Shown in pieces: positions 17,371-26,323 of a DNA stretch of 54,942 nt. Source of the DNA: Patescibacteria group bacterium (lineage in GTDB: Bacteria > Patescibacteriota > UBA1384 > UBA12157 > JAENIV01). The notes below the pieces were generated by a model. That model made no database searches and was not told the DNA's origin. It worked only from the letters and a program-made list of their open reading frames with translations. The stretch covers positions 1 to 54,942 of the forward strand of contig JAMCZU010000006.1 of the NCBI GenBank assembly GCA_023485405.1, read 5' to 3'. A program made the translations under genes and the position numbers. The stretch's first letter is position 1. Every line of letters starts with the position of its first letter.

Positions 17371-17710
17371 AGTTGAGACTTCTTATCCATCCACCGAGCA
17401 TTCTACCAATTTCTTGTAGATTTTCCGAGAGTGATAAATATCTTTTAGTTGATATGGCTTTAACGTCTTCGGCCAATCGAAGCAAATTTTTAAGTAAATC
17501 AAGTTTGGCTGATGCTACTGACAGGGTTTCGAGCTTTTGATGTTTACCTTGATGACTTGCCAAAATTAAATCTTTAAAAAGTTCAAGTATGGTTTCTTGG
17601 ATTCTTTCGCCTAAAACATAGCGATCTTGCTTAGGAATGTGAGGATACAGTTTATATAATTCGCGATAAAAATCGTAGACCTTTTGAACAATTGGAACAT
17701 CATTATTCAT
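17369..17710 (-). CDS. avd: DGR accessory variability determinant (Avd-like four-helix-bundle protein), about 113 aa
   Basis: From the internal ATG at 17710 (AGAGG 6 nt upstream): MNNDVPIVQKVYDFYRELYKL...IGRMLGGWIRSLN, typical of the Avd / 23S-IVS family. Lies between TR and RT but on the opposite strand. Confidence 0.75.
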   Translation of the reverse strand: MNNDVPIVQKVYDFYRELYKLYPHIPKQDRYVLGERIQETILELFKDLILASHQGKHQKLETLSVASAKLDLLKNLLRLAEDVKAISTKRYLSLSENLQEIGRMLGGWIRSLN

Positions 17711-18721
17711 GGATAACCTCTTTAATAAAATTATTTCAATAGAAAACTTATTTTTGTCTTGGAAAGAATTCAGAAAAGAAAAACGTAAGAAAGCCGATGT
17801 ACAAGAATTTGAGCGGAATTTAGAAGATAATCTTTTTAGTCTGCATCTGGAGCTTAAAAACAAAACTTACCAACATTCCGATTATACCTCATTTTACATT
17901 ACTGATCCAAAATCAAGGCATATCCACAAGGCGTGCGTAAAAGATAGAATTGTCCATCATGCGATTTATCGAGTACTATATCCAATGTTTGATCCGATTT
18001 TTGTGGATGATTCCTATTCTTGTCGTAATAAAAAAGGAACACACAAAGCGGTAAAACGATTAGAAAAATTTAGCCGAATTGTAAGTCACAATTATAATAA
18101 ATCTTGCTGGGCGTTAAAATGTGATATTAAAAAATATTTTGCTTCAGTTAATCATCAAATCCTTTTTGGTTTAATTAAAAATAAAATTCAAGATAAAGAT
18201 GTTCTATGGCTAATTTTTGAAATAATTTCCAGTTTCACAACTCGAGAGAGAGAGAGAGAGGAATACCGATTGGCAATTTAACATCACAACTTTTTGCCAA
18301 TATTTATTTAAACGAGTTGGACCAATTTGTTAAACATCGTTTAAGGATTAAGTACTATCTTAGATACTGTGACGATTTTATTATTTTAGACAATAACCAT
18401 TTAAATTTAGAAAATCTTATTGGTCAGATTCAATTCTTTCTCGATTGCCAGCTTGGTTTGAAACTGCATCGGAGAAAAATTATTATTCGAAAACTTAATC
18501 AAGGAATTGATTTTCTAGGCTATATGATTTTACCACACTATATCTTGCCTAGAAGAAGAACTGTCCGCCGAATTTTTCGAAGTCTAGAGAAAAAAGTTAC
18601 TACCGAACCACAAAAAGCCAATGCCAGTTTGCAATCGAACTTGGGTTATCTAAATCATGCCAATGCCTACAAAATTTCAAAGGCCTTAAAGAAGATTTGC
18701 AAAAAAATTAAAACAATCTAA
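17709..18721 (+). CDS. DGR reverse transcriptase, interrupted by a +2 frameshift in a (GA)8 tract (two ORFs, 17709-18281 and frame-2 continuation to 18721)
   Basis: RT motifs CDIKKYFASVNH, then in the next frame GIPIGNLTSQLFANIYLNELD (DGR-type), YCDD and GIDFLGY. Removing one GA unit gives one continuous ORF. Confidence 0.85.
18244..18260. repeat. (GA)8G dinucleotide tract inside the RT gene
   Basis: Direct reading. Confidence 0.95.
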
Positions 18722-18729
18722 TTAAAAAA

Positions 18730-18751
18730 GCCGAGCGGGGGCGCGCTCGGC
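18730..18751. terminator. GC hairpin between convergent RT and csrA; T-run on the csrA side
   Basis: gccgagcg-ggggcg-cgctcggc, with A6 upstream on the plus strand (T6 after the hairpin on the minus strand). Confidence 0.65.
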
Positions 18752-18769
18752 AAAGACAAAGGTTTGTGA

Positions 18770-18967
18770 TTATTCATTGCCATCGTCAAAGGGGGCTCGG
18801 GCATTTTCTGCTTCAATCTGCTCTAGCAGCTCCTTGCGATGAACCGGTATATCTCGCGGGGCGTCAATACCTAGACGCACTTGGTCTCCTCTGATTTCGA
18901 TGACTAGTATTTCTACGTTGTCGTTAATCACAATAGATTGGCCGGTTTTTCTGGCTAAGACCAACAT
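18770..18967 (-). CDS. csrA: Carbon storage regulator CsrA (RNA-binding translational regulator), 65 aa
   Basis: MLVLARKTGQSIVINDNVEILVIEIRGDQVRLGIDAPRDIPVHRKE is a near-textbook CsrA sequence. AAGGAGG lies 9 nt before the ATG at 18967. Confidence 0.85.
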   Translation of the reverse strand: MLVLARKTGQSIVINDNVEILVIEIRGDQVRLGIDAPRDIPVHRKELLEQIEAENARAPFDDGNE

Positions 18968-18996
18968 TTTCAACGACCTCCTTTTCGACTATGTCA

Positions 18997-19024
18997 ATTA
19001 TAGTTGATTTTTCTAAAAAGTCAA
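18997..19024 (-). promoter_or_regulatory. Consensus sigma70 promoter for csrA
   Basis: Minus strand TTGACT, 16 nt, TATAAT. The -35 overlaps the stop codon of the upstream ORF. Confidence 0.6.
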
Positions 19025-19566
19025 GATGAAAGACCTTTTAAACCTTCATCTTCATCTTCAAGATTGAGATCTGACATATTTTCCTCTTCAAAAAGTCGGA
19101 TAAAATCATCGGCAGTCTGCCATTTTAATTTGGCGTCGTTAGTCATTTCTTTATTTTTATATTCTTCTTGAGCAATTTCAAAATCTTTTTGCATTTTTTC
19201 TCTTCTTTTTTTAATGGCAGAAAGGTGTCCATTGACATTAGTGTTATTAAATTCCAAATCTTTAACGATTTGTTTTTTAGTATTTTCGCGCTGGAGTTTT
19301 AGCCTTTCGTACTCTTCCATTAGTTCCATTTTTCGTTCAGCACCAGGATTTAATTTGGGATTATAGTATTCTCTTTTTATCTCTCGAATCCTTTCAGCAA
19401 TAAAATAAGGATTACTATAGAGATCATTGTAACCAATTTTTTCTTCATGGCTGTTTCTAGAGGTGAGTTTATCCATTCTGCTTTCGTCCATTCTAAAATT
19501 CTCAGGAATTTTAAGATCCTCCTTAGTGTAATTATATTTATCTGGTGATGGTTGTCCTTCGTTCAT
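19021..19566 (-). CDS. Hypothetical coiled-coil/charged protein (181 aa)
   Basis: ORF with host-like AT-rich composition upstream of csrA. No family recognised. Confidence 0.5.
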   Translation of the reverse strand: MNEGQPSPDKYNYTKEDLKIPENFRMDESRMDKLTSRNSHEEKIGYNDLYSNPYFIAERIREIKREYYNPKLNPGAERKMELMEEYERLKLQRENTKKQIVKDLEFNNTNVNGHLSAIKKRREKMQKDFEIAQEEYKNKEMTNDAKLKWQTADDFIRLFEEENMSDLNLEDEDEGLKGLSS

Positions 19567-19704
19567 TTTAATCCTTTCTGCCTCGCCGTTAGGCGGGTCT
19601 TTTAAAATCTAATTTTAGTGTATAATAAAACAAAGAAAAATAATATTGGAGGGGCTTTTAGTAAGTCACCTTTTTTGTTAAACTTAAAGATACAAAGGAA
19701 GTAA

Positions 19705-20751
19705 ATGCAAATATTAGATCGTTTTTGGGGCATATTCTCTCACGATATCGGGATTGATTTAGGTACAGCCAACACTTTGGTCTACGTTCGTGATAAAGGC
19801 ATTGTGATCAATGAGCCATCAGTCGTGGCAATTAACCAAAAATCTAAACAAATTTTAGCAATTGGCAACGATGCGCGCAAAATGGTCGGTCGGACTCCTT
19901 CGCATATTGTGGCGATCAGACCTTTGGTTGATGGGGTTATTTCTGATTTTGAAGTCACCGAACAAATGCTTAAATATTTTATTGATAAAGTTCATCGTGA
20001 AAAATTTTCTCTTTTCCCACGGCCGCGGATCGTCATTGGTATACCTTATGGGGTGACAGAAGTAGAGCGGCGGGCAGTTGAAGAAGCGGCTTTAAATGCG
20101 GGTGCCAGGCAAGTTTTTTTAATTGAAGAACCAGTCGCGGCCGCCATTGGGGCAAGACTGCCAATTCAAGAAGCCAATGGCAATATGGTGGTAGATATTG
20201 GTGGTGGCACCACTGAAGTGGCGGTTATTTCCTTAGGTGGGATTGTGGCCTCAAGGTCACTTCGGATTGCTGGTGATGAAATGAACCAAGATATTATTGC
20301 TTTTGCTCGTGATAAATTAAGTTTACTTTTGGGGGAAAGAACAGCTGAGGATATAAAATTTACGATTGGTTCAGCTATTGTTAAAGAGAATACCGAGATG
20401 CCGATGCGCGGGCGTGATTTGGTAACAGGCCTACCCAAAGAAATTATGGTTAATGCTGAGCAAGTAAACTTGGCTTTAAAGAAATCGGTGACCCAAATTG
20501 TGGAGGCAATTCGTGTCACAATGGAAGAAACACCACCAGAATTGGTGGCGGATATTATGGAAAAAGGGATTGTTCTTTGTGGCGGTGGCGCGTTACTTAA
20601 AGGTCTTGATCAGTTGATTTTTGAGACAACCAAAACAAGAGTTCACATTGCTAATGATCCTCTAACCTCAGTCGTGCGAGGAACTGGCTTAGTTCTAGAA
20701 GATCTCGAAAGTTTGAAAGGTGTTTTACTGCCGACTCAATTTAATCCTTAA
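19705..20751 (+). CDS. mreB: Rod-shape-determining protein MreB
   Basis: IGIDLGTANT, DIGGGTTEVAV and LCGGGALLKGLD. Confidence 0.9.
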   Translation: MQILDRFWGIFSHDIGIDLGTANTLVYVRDKGIVINEPSVVAINQKSKQILAIGNDARKMVGRTPSHIVAIRPLVDGVISDFEVTEQMLKYFIDKVHREKFSLFPRPRIVIGIPYGVTEVERRAVEEAALNAGARQVFLIEEPVAAAIGARLPIQEANGNMVVDIGGGTTEVAVISLGGIVASRSLRIAGDEMNQDIIAFARDKLSLLLGERTAEDIKFTIGSAIVKENTEMPMRGRDLVTGLPKEIMVNAEQVNLALKKSVTQIVEAIRVTMEETPPELVADIMEKGIVLCGGGALLKGLDQLIFETTKTRVHIANDPLTSVVRGTGLVLEDLESLKGVLLPTQFNP

Positions 20752-20758
20752 TTAAAAA

Positions 20759-21544
20759 ATGAAAAAATTTAAAATTTTAATTATGGCAGCCATTTTAATC
20801 ATTACTGGCTTCCTGCTTTATCCGACAGGAGTTTTATCAACACCTAAAAACATTCTTTTTAGAGCTTTGAAACCTTTTTCAATTGTTTCAAATTATACGG
20901 TGGATAAGGTGGTGACAATTTTTGGTAATTTCGCCAACTTAAATTCATTGGGAAAAGAAAATCAAAAATTAATTAAAGAAAATTTGGAACTCCAAGGACA
21001 AATAGCAATTATAAAAGAAGTCCAACACGAAAATGAAATTTTAAAAAAAGAAATCGGTTTTTTAAACACTAAAAGTGATTTGAAATTAATGCCTGCTAAC
21101 ATTGTTGGTCGCTCAATTTCTGGTTATTTAAAAACAATTGTGATTGATCGTGGTGAAAAAGATGGGATTAAACAAAATCAGGCGATTATTTCACAAGGAT
21201 TTTTGGTTGGAACGGTGAGACAAGTTTTCCCAAATTCAGCCGAAGTTATTTTGATTACTGACAATAATTCCCTCGTGCCAGTTGTTTTACAAGATTCGCG
21301 TGGCACAGGAATGCTTAGAGGTGGTTTCGGTGGTCTCACGGTTGAAGACATTCCTTTAAATATTCCAATTAAAAAAGGAGAACAAGTGGTCACTTCTGGA
21401 TTAGGTGGCGATGTTCCTCTGGGTATAATGGTTGGAACAGTCGAAGATGTAATTTCTCATGAAGGAGAAATTTTTCAAAAAGTCACGGTTAAATCACCAA
21501 TTCAAATTTATTTTTTGGAATTTGTTTTTGTGGCCTCACAATGA
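20759..21544 (+). CDS. mreC: Rod-shape-determining protein MreC
   Basis: N-terminal TM, coiled coil and beta-rich C-terminal domains. Position between mreB and mreD. Confidence 0.75.
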   Translation: MKKFKILIMAAILIITGFLLYPTGVLSTPKNILFRALKPFSIVSNYTVDKVVTIFGNFANLNSLGKENQKLIKENLELQGQIAIIKEVQHENEILKKEIGFLNTKSDLKLMPANIVGRSISGYLKTIVIDRGEKDGIKQNQAIISQGFLVGTVRQVFPNSAEVILITDNNSLVPVVLQDSRGTGMLRGGFGGLTVEDIPLNIPIKKGEQVVTSGLGGDVPLGIMVGTVEDVISHEGEIFQKVTVKSPIQIYFLEFVFVASQ

Positions 21545-22014
21545 AAAAAAATTTAATTAAAGTTTTAGGCATTTTATTACTAATAATTTTACAATTTACT
21601 TTTTTTAGTAAACTTTCTGTTTTGACTTTCATACCAAATTTAATTTTTGTTATTAGTATTGTTTTACTCCTTCGGGGATTTTTATCGGATAGTTTATTAG
21701 TAGCAGTTTTGGGTGGTTTGTTTTTAGATTTAACCTCATCATTTCGTTTTGGTTTTTATACTTTTGTCATAATTTTAATTTTACTTTTTTTAAATTTTAT
21801 TATTTTAAAGAACATTCCCACTCTTAATTTATTTTTAATTTTCTTAATTATTTTTGTTATCTTCATTTCTATTGATTTAGTAATGTGTTTAATTTTTCGC
21901 ACAATGCCCACTTGGCAAATGATTGTAGATGGAGTAGTAAATGGTTTATGGGGGATCGTTGTCTATTTTGTTTTAGAAAAATTTACGAAGCAAGAGGAGA
22001 TAAAATTTAGTTAA
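21541..22014 (+). CDS. mreD: Rod-shape-determining protein MreD (polytopic membrane protein)
   Basis: Five hydrophobic segments. Overlapping start with mreC. Call is by position in the mre operon. Confidence 0.6.
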   Translation: MKKNLIKVLGILLLIILQFTFFSKLSVLTFIPNLIFVISIVLLLRGFLSDSLLVAVLGGLFLDLTSSFRFGFYTFVIILILLFLNFIILKNIPTLNLFLIFLIIFVIFISIDLVMCLIFRTMPTWQMIVDGVVNGLWGIVVYFVLEKFTKQEEIKFS

Positions 22015-22015
22015 A

Positions 22016-23914
22016 ATGTCAATCTTTGATTTATATGATGATCATTATTTACCGGGAGACAAATCAGGGCGAAATTTGCGTCAGGATGTGTTAGAGTATG
22101 ATCATTTTGATAAAGATGCTACGGGTGTAGAAATCTTTCAAGAAAAAAAGAAGTCTTTTTGGCTACCGTATCTATTTTCTTTTTTAGCTTTTAGTATACT
22201 TTTAGTACAACTTTTAAGATTGCAAATTACGCAGGGAAGTTTTAATCGAAACTTAGCTGAAGGAAACCGCGTTCGTTCTCGAGAAATTGCCGCACCACGA
22301 GGATTAATTTATGATTCCTCTGGAAAAATTTTAGCTCAAAATAAAGCTTCTTTCAATTTAGAGATTTATCCTTTAGATTTTCCTCGAAATGCTAAAGAGA
22401 AAGAGGAAATTTTCCAAAAATTATCAGAGATTACCCAAATTCCCAAGACAGAAATACAAGATAAAGTGACTAAAAAAGGTTTTTTAACCTATGATCCGAT
22501 TGTTTTAAAAGAAAATCTTGATCGCGATACAGCCATGATTTTAGAGTATAAAACAATTAATTTACCAGGAGTGGTGGTAGCTAAAGATCCAGTGAGAGAA
22601 TATCAATCGATTTCTGGTTTGGGCCCTGTTTTAGGTTATGTTAGTAAGGTGACTGATCAAGACTTAAAAAATCATCCCGATTACCGATTGTCAGATGAAA
22701 TTGGTCAAGAAGGTTTGGAGTCGTTTTACGAAAAATATTTAAGAGGGAGACCAGGAGTTTTAGAAATTGAGGTTGATTCCCGTGGTCGTCAACAAAGACA
22801 ACTTTCCGCTACTTCTCCTTCGCCTGGTAATAATTTAACTTTGAGTATTGATGCGGGGCTGGAGGCAAAAATGGCCGAAACTTTAGGAGCGGAAGTAAGC
22901 GCCGTTAATTCTCCGGGTGGGGCCGTGGTAGCGGTTAACCCTCAGACGGGTCAAATTCTAGGGATGGCGAGCGTTCCCACTTTTGATAATAATATTTTTA
23001 CTTCTTTAAATATGAGCGAAGAGTACACGAAACTCATTAATGACCCGTCGAAACCAATGTTTAATCGAGCAATTTCTGGGACTTATCCATCTGGTTCAAT
23101 TGTTAAACCTATTGTAGCGGCGGCTGGTCTTCAGGAAGGGATTATTACGGCTAACACAACGATTAACGCGCCGGGTGAGATTAAAGTTGGTAATTGGACT
23201 TATCCGGACTGGAAAGTCCATGGCTTAACTGATGTTCGTAAAGCGATTGCTGAAAGTGTGAATATATTTTTCTATGCCTTGGCTGGTGGCTGGGATAAGA
23301 TTAAGGGTTTAGGTATTGCTAAACTCGATGATTACTTAATTAAATTTGGTTTTCAGGACAAAACGGGGATTGATTTACCGGGGGAAGCAAGTGGTCTTGT
23401 GCCGACGCCTGAGTGGAAAGAGAAAAATAAAAAGGAAATTTGGTATTTAGGGGATACTTATCATTTAGGGATTGGTCAGGGAGACTTTTTAATTACTCCT
23501 TTACAAATGGCGATGGCCACATCGGTCATTGCCAATGGTGGCGAACTTTTACGACCGCAAATTGTTTCGAAAATTACCGATAAAGATGGTCATGTAGTAA
23601 AAGATTTTCAGAAAGATATCAAAGCTAAAAATTTAATTGACGATCAAAATCTCCAAGTAGTGCGTGAAGGGATGCGTCAAGCGGTCACTTCCGGATCAGC
23701 TAAACGTTTAAGTGACTTGTCAGTACCAGTCGCGGCTAAAACAGGGACCGCTCAATTCGGTGCTGATGGTAAAACCCACGCTTGGATGACAGCTTTTGCA
23801 CCTTATAATAATCCTCAAATTATGATTGTGGCTTTGGTTGAAGAAGGGGGTGAGGGCTATGCAACGGCGGGTCCCGTAGTGTATGATATTCTCAATTGGT
23901 ATTTTAACCATTGA
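22016..23914 (+). CDS. mrdA: Penicillin-binding protein 2 (peptidoglycan D,D-transpeptidase)
   Basis: SGSIVKP (SxxK), SVN and KTGTA motifs. Follows mreBCD. Confidence 0.85.
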   Translation: MSIFDLYDDHYLPGDKSGRNLRQDVLEYDHFDKDATGVEIFQEKKKSFWLPYLFSFLAFSILLVQLLRLQITQGSFNRNLAEGNRVRSREIAAPRGLIYDSSGKILAQNKASFNLEIYPLDFPRNAKEKEEIFQKLSEITQIPKTEIQDKVTKKGFLTYDPIVLKENLDRDTAMILEYKTINLPGVVVAKDPVREYQSISGLGPVLGYVSKVTDQDLKNHPDYRLSDEIGQEGLESFYEKYLRGRPGVLEIEVDSRGRQQRQLSATSPSPGNNLTLSIDAGLEAKMAETLGAEVSAVNSPGGAVVAVNPQTGQILGMASVPTFDNNIFTSLNMSEEYTKLINDPSKPMFNRAISGTYPSGSIVKPIVAAAGLQEGIITANTTINAPGEIKVGNWTYPDWKVHGLTDVRKAIAESVNIFFYALAGGWDKIKGLGIAKLDDYLIKFGFQDKTGIDLPGEASGLVPTPEWKEKNKKEIWYLGDTYHLGIGQGDFLITPLQMAMATSVIANGGELLRPQIVSKITDKDGHVVKDFQKDIKAKNLIDDQNLQVVREGMRQAVTSGSAKRLSDLSVPVAAKTGTAQFGADGKTHAWMTAFAPYNNPQIMIVALVEEGGEGYATAGPVVYDILNWYFNH

Positions 23915-23924
23915 CCCCGCCAGA

Positions 23925-24001
23925 ATTCCTTTCTGCAAAACGGACTACGTCCTGTTATTGCAGAAGCGTCATCTGCGAGGGTCTGCGTCACCGGCTTGAC
24001 A
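23925..24001. repeat. Dispersed repeat family B, copy 3, ending in the greA -35 box
   Basis: ctttctgcaaaacggactacgtcctgttattgcagaagcgtc...ggcttgaca matches 1507-1593. Confidence 0.8.
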
Positions 24002-24024
24002 TTTTAAAGGTTATATTCTAAAAT
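23996..24024 (+). promoter_or_regulatory. Sigma70 promoter of greA
   Basis: TTGACA, 17 nt, TAAAAT. Confidence 0.6.
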
Positions 24025-24059
24025 AGGTAAGAAATAATAGTAAAATTAAAGAAGGACGT

Positions 24060-24515
24060 ATGCAAGAACAGATTCTTTTGACCGTTTCCGGTCATGAAAA
24101 AATTAAACAAGAACTTCAAGGCTTAAAGAACCGTCGTCAGAAAATTTCCGAAAGAATAAAAACCGCTCGAGAATTTGGGGATTTAAGTGAAAACAGCGAA
24201 TATGAAGATGCTAAAAATGAGCAATCTTTTGTGGAAGGTAGAATTCTAGAGTTGGAAGAAATGCTTCGTCGGGCAAAAGTGATGACTAAAAATGGTACTG
24301 ACAAAGTAGAACTCGGCTCAACGGTGGTTTTAAAAATTGATGGTCAAGTGCCTGAGTATACTATTGTTGGTGCTTCAGAGTCTGATCCGGCCACGGGTAA
24401 GATTTCAGTTGATTCACCGCTTGGACATTCACTGGTGGGTCGCGCTAAAGGAGAAGAAGTCGAGATTTTGACTCCTAATGGCAAAATGACTTGTGAAATT
24501 GTCGAAGTAAAGTAA
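24060..24515 (+). CDS. greA: Transcription elongation factor GreA
   Basis: GDLSENSEYEDAK and a C-terminal FKBP-like domain. Terminator at about 24535-24578. Confidence 0.9.
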   Translation: MQEQILLTVSGHEKIKQELQGLKNRRQKISERIKTAREFGDLSENSEYEDAKNEQSFVEGRILELEEMLRRAKVMTKNGTDKVELGSTVVLKIDGQVPEYTIVGASESDPATGKISVDSPLGHSLVGRAKGEEVEILTPNGKMTCEIVEVK

Positions 24516-24607
24516 TTATTAATTTTTTGAAAAAACGGTTTCTGGCTTAAGGTTGCTCTGGAGCCGTTTTTTTGATATGGTAAAAATAAGCTTCGGCTTA
24601 TAGAAAG

Positions 24608-26173
24608 ATGGTTATGTTTTGGGCAGATGAAATCGTTGAAGATATTATTAAAAAAATTCCCAAAGATTCATATTTGGTGACCGATTGGATGACTACTTCT
24701 GGTCATGCTCATGTTGGCTCACTTCGAGGAGTAATAGTTCACGATTTAATCAAACGTGGTCTTTTAACAAATAATAAAAAAGCCGAATTTCAATGGGGTT
24801 TTGACGACTTTGATCCGATGGACGGTTTGCCAAGTTATTTAGATGAAAGTTGGCTACAATATATGGGAAAACCTTTGTGTAATATTCCAGCGCCGGATGG
24901 TAATTCTGAAAGTTTTGCTAAACAATATGGTGCAGAATTTGAAGAGGTTTTTACCAAATTGGGAGTTAAGCCAAAAATAGTTTGGACGTCAGAACTTTAT
25001 AAAAAAGGGGAATTTAATGAGTCAATAAAAATTATTTTAGATCATGCGACAGAAATTAGAAAAATTTACAAAGAAATTTCTGGATCAGATAAGGGTGATA
25101 ATTGGTATCCTTTTCAGGTTATTTGTCCAAAATGTGGTAAAATCGGCACAACTAAAGTGACCGGTTGGGACGGTCAGGAGGTTGAATTTACCTGCGAAGA
25201 AAATTTAGTAGAATGGGCTCAAGGTTGTGGCTATAAAGGTAAAGTTTCGCCATTTGATGGTAATGGTAAATTACCATGGAAAGTAGAATGGCCATCAAAA
25301 TGGTATATTACTAAAACTGATATTGAAGGTGAGGGTAAAGATCACTTTGCCTCTGGCGGTTCTCGTGATATTGCAGATATTATCTTTCGAGAAGTTTTTA
25401 AAAAAACTCCCCCCTATGATATTCGTTACGAACATATTTTGATTGGTGGTGCTAAAATGTCCTCATCTAAAGGTTTGGGTGTGACGGCTAAAGATATGGC
25501 CGATTTTCTTCCAGGGAATATCTTAAGATTTCTTTTTGTTCGAACGCGTTATAAAAGAGCCATTGATTTTCAGCCAGAAGGCGAGACTATTCCTTTGCTT
25601 TATGATGAATTTGATCGTGCTTGGATGGCGTATAACACCGATCCAAAATTGGATTTAAGTCGCGCTTTTTATTATACGGAAATTGATCCAGATAAGAAGC
25701 AATTAAAATATCTTTTGCGATTTTCTAAGATTGCTTACATGCTTCAAATGCCACATGTGGATATTTTTGAGTATGCCAAAGTTGAAAAAGAAGAAGATCT
25801 AACTGAAATTGAACGTCAGGAAATTGAAGATCGAATTATGGTAGCTAAAGTTTGGCTTGAAAAATTCGCTCCGGAAAGTTATAAATTTACAATTTGTGAA
25901 AAATTACCGGAAATAGCAAAAGAAATATCAGCGCAGCAAAAAGAATTTTTAAAGAAAATTTTAGAGACAATTAAATCAAAAGATTTTACAGGTGAGGATT
26001 TGCATCAAGAAATTCATCAGATTAAAAAAGAGACAGGAATTCCACCCCGCGATGCTTTTTCAGCGATTTATTTAGTGTTTTTGGGTAAAGATTCCGGTCC
26101 GCAAGCTGGTTGGTTGCTGGCTAGTTTAGATAAAAATTTTGTTTTAAAGAGACTTGAGGAGGTTATTTCTTAA
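24608..26173 (+). CDS. lysS: Lysine--tRNA ligase, class I
   Basis: HVGSLRG (HIGH-like) and KMSSSKG (KMSKS), with the overall class I LysRS layout. Confidence 0.8.
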   Translation: MVMFWADEIVEDIIKKIPKDSYLVTDWMTTSGHAHVGSLRGVIVHDLIKRGLLTNNKKAEFQWGFDDFDPMDGLPSYLDESWLQYMGKPLCNIPAPDGNSESFAKQYGAEFEEVFTKLGVKPKIVWTSELYKKGEFNESIKIILDHATEIRKIYKEISGSDKGDNWYPFQVICPKCGKIGTTKVTGWDGQEVEFTCEENLVEWAQGCGYKGKVSPFDGNGKLPWKVEWPSKWYITKTDIEGEGKDHFASGGSRDIADIIFREVFKKTPPYDIRYEHILIGGAKMSSSKGLGVTAKDMADFLPGNILRFLFVRTRYKRAIDFQPEGETIPLLYDEFDRAWMAYNTDPKLDLSRAFYYTEIDPDKKQLKYLLRFSKIAYMLQMPHVDIFEYAKVEKEEDLTEIERQEIEDRIMVAKVWLEKFAPESYKFTICEKLPEIAKEISAQQKEFLKKILETIKSKDFTGEDLHQEIHQIKKETGIPPRDAFSAIYLVFLGKDSGPQAGWLLASLDKNFVLKRLEEVIS

Positions 26174-26213
26174 CCCCAATGTCCACCTCGTAGGTGGACA
26201 ACAGGTTTAGAGG
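26171..26213. repeat. Hairpin family A copy (taacc-ccaa-tgtccacct-cgt-aggtggaca-acaggtttagagg)
   Basis: Same core as 15921-15960 and 50748-50787. Begins at the lysS stop codon. Confidence 0.85.
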
Positions 26214-26323
26214 TTAATTAAAATCAGGTCGAAAGACTTGATTTTTTGGTATAATAATGATAAATTGCCAATATAGTCTTAGGGTTTACTAAGGCAGAAC
26301 GGCTGATAAGGAGGTGAAACGAG

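Noticed and set aside
17174-17419. 81-aa plus-strand ORF that translates the TR
   Set aside because: It mirrors the target C-terminus only because it is the template repeat. It has a GTG start with no RBS and runs through the terminator hairpin into antisense avd. TRs are not expected to be translated.
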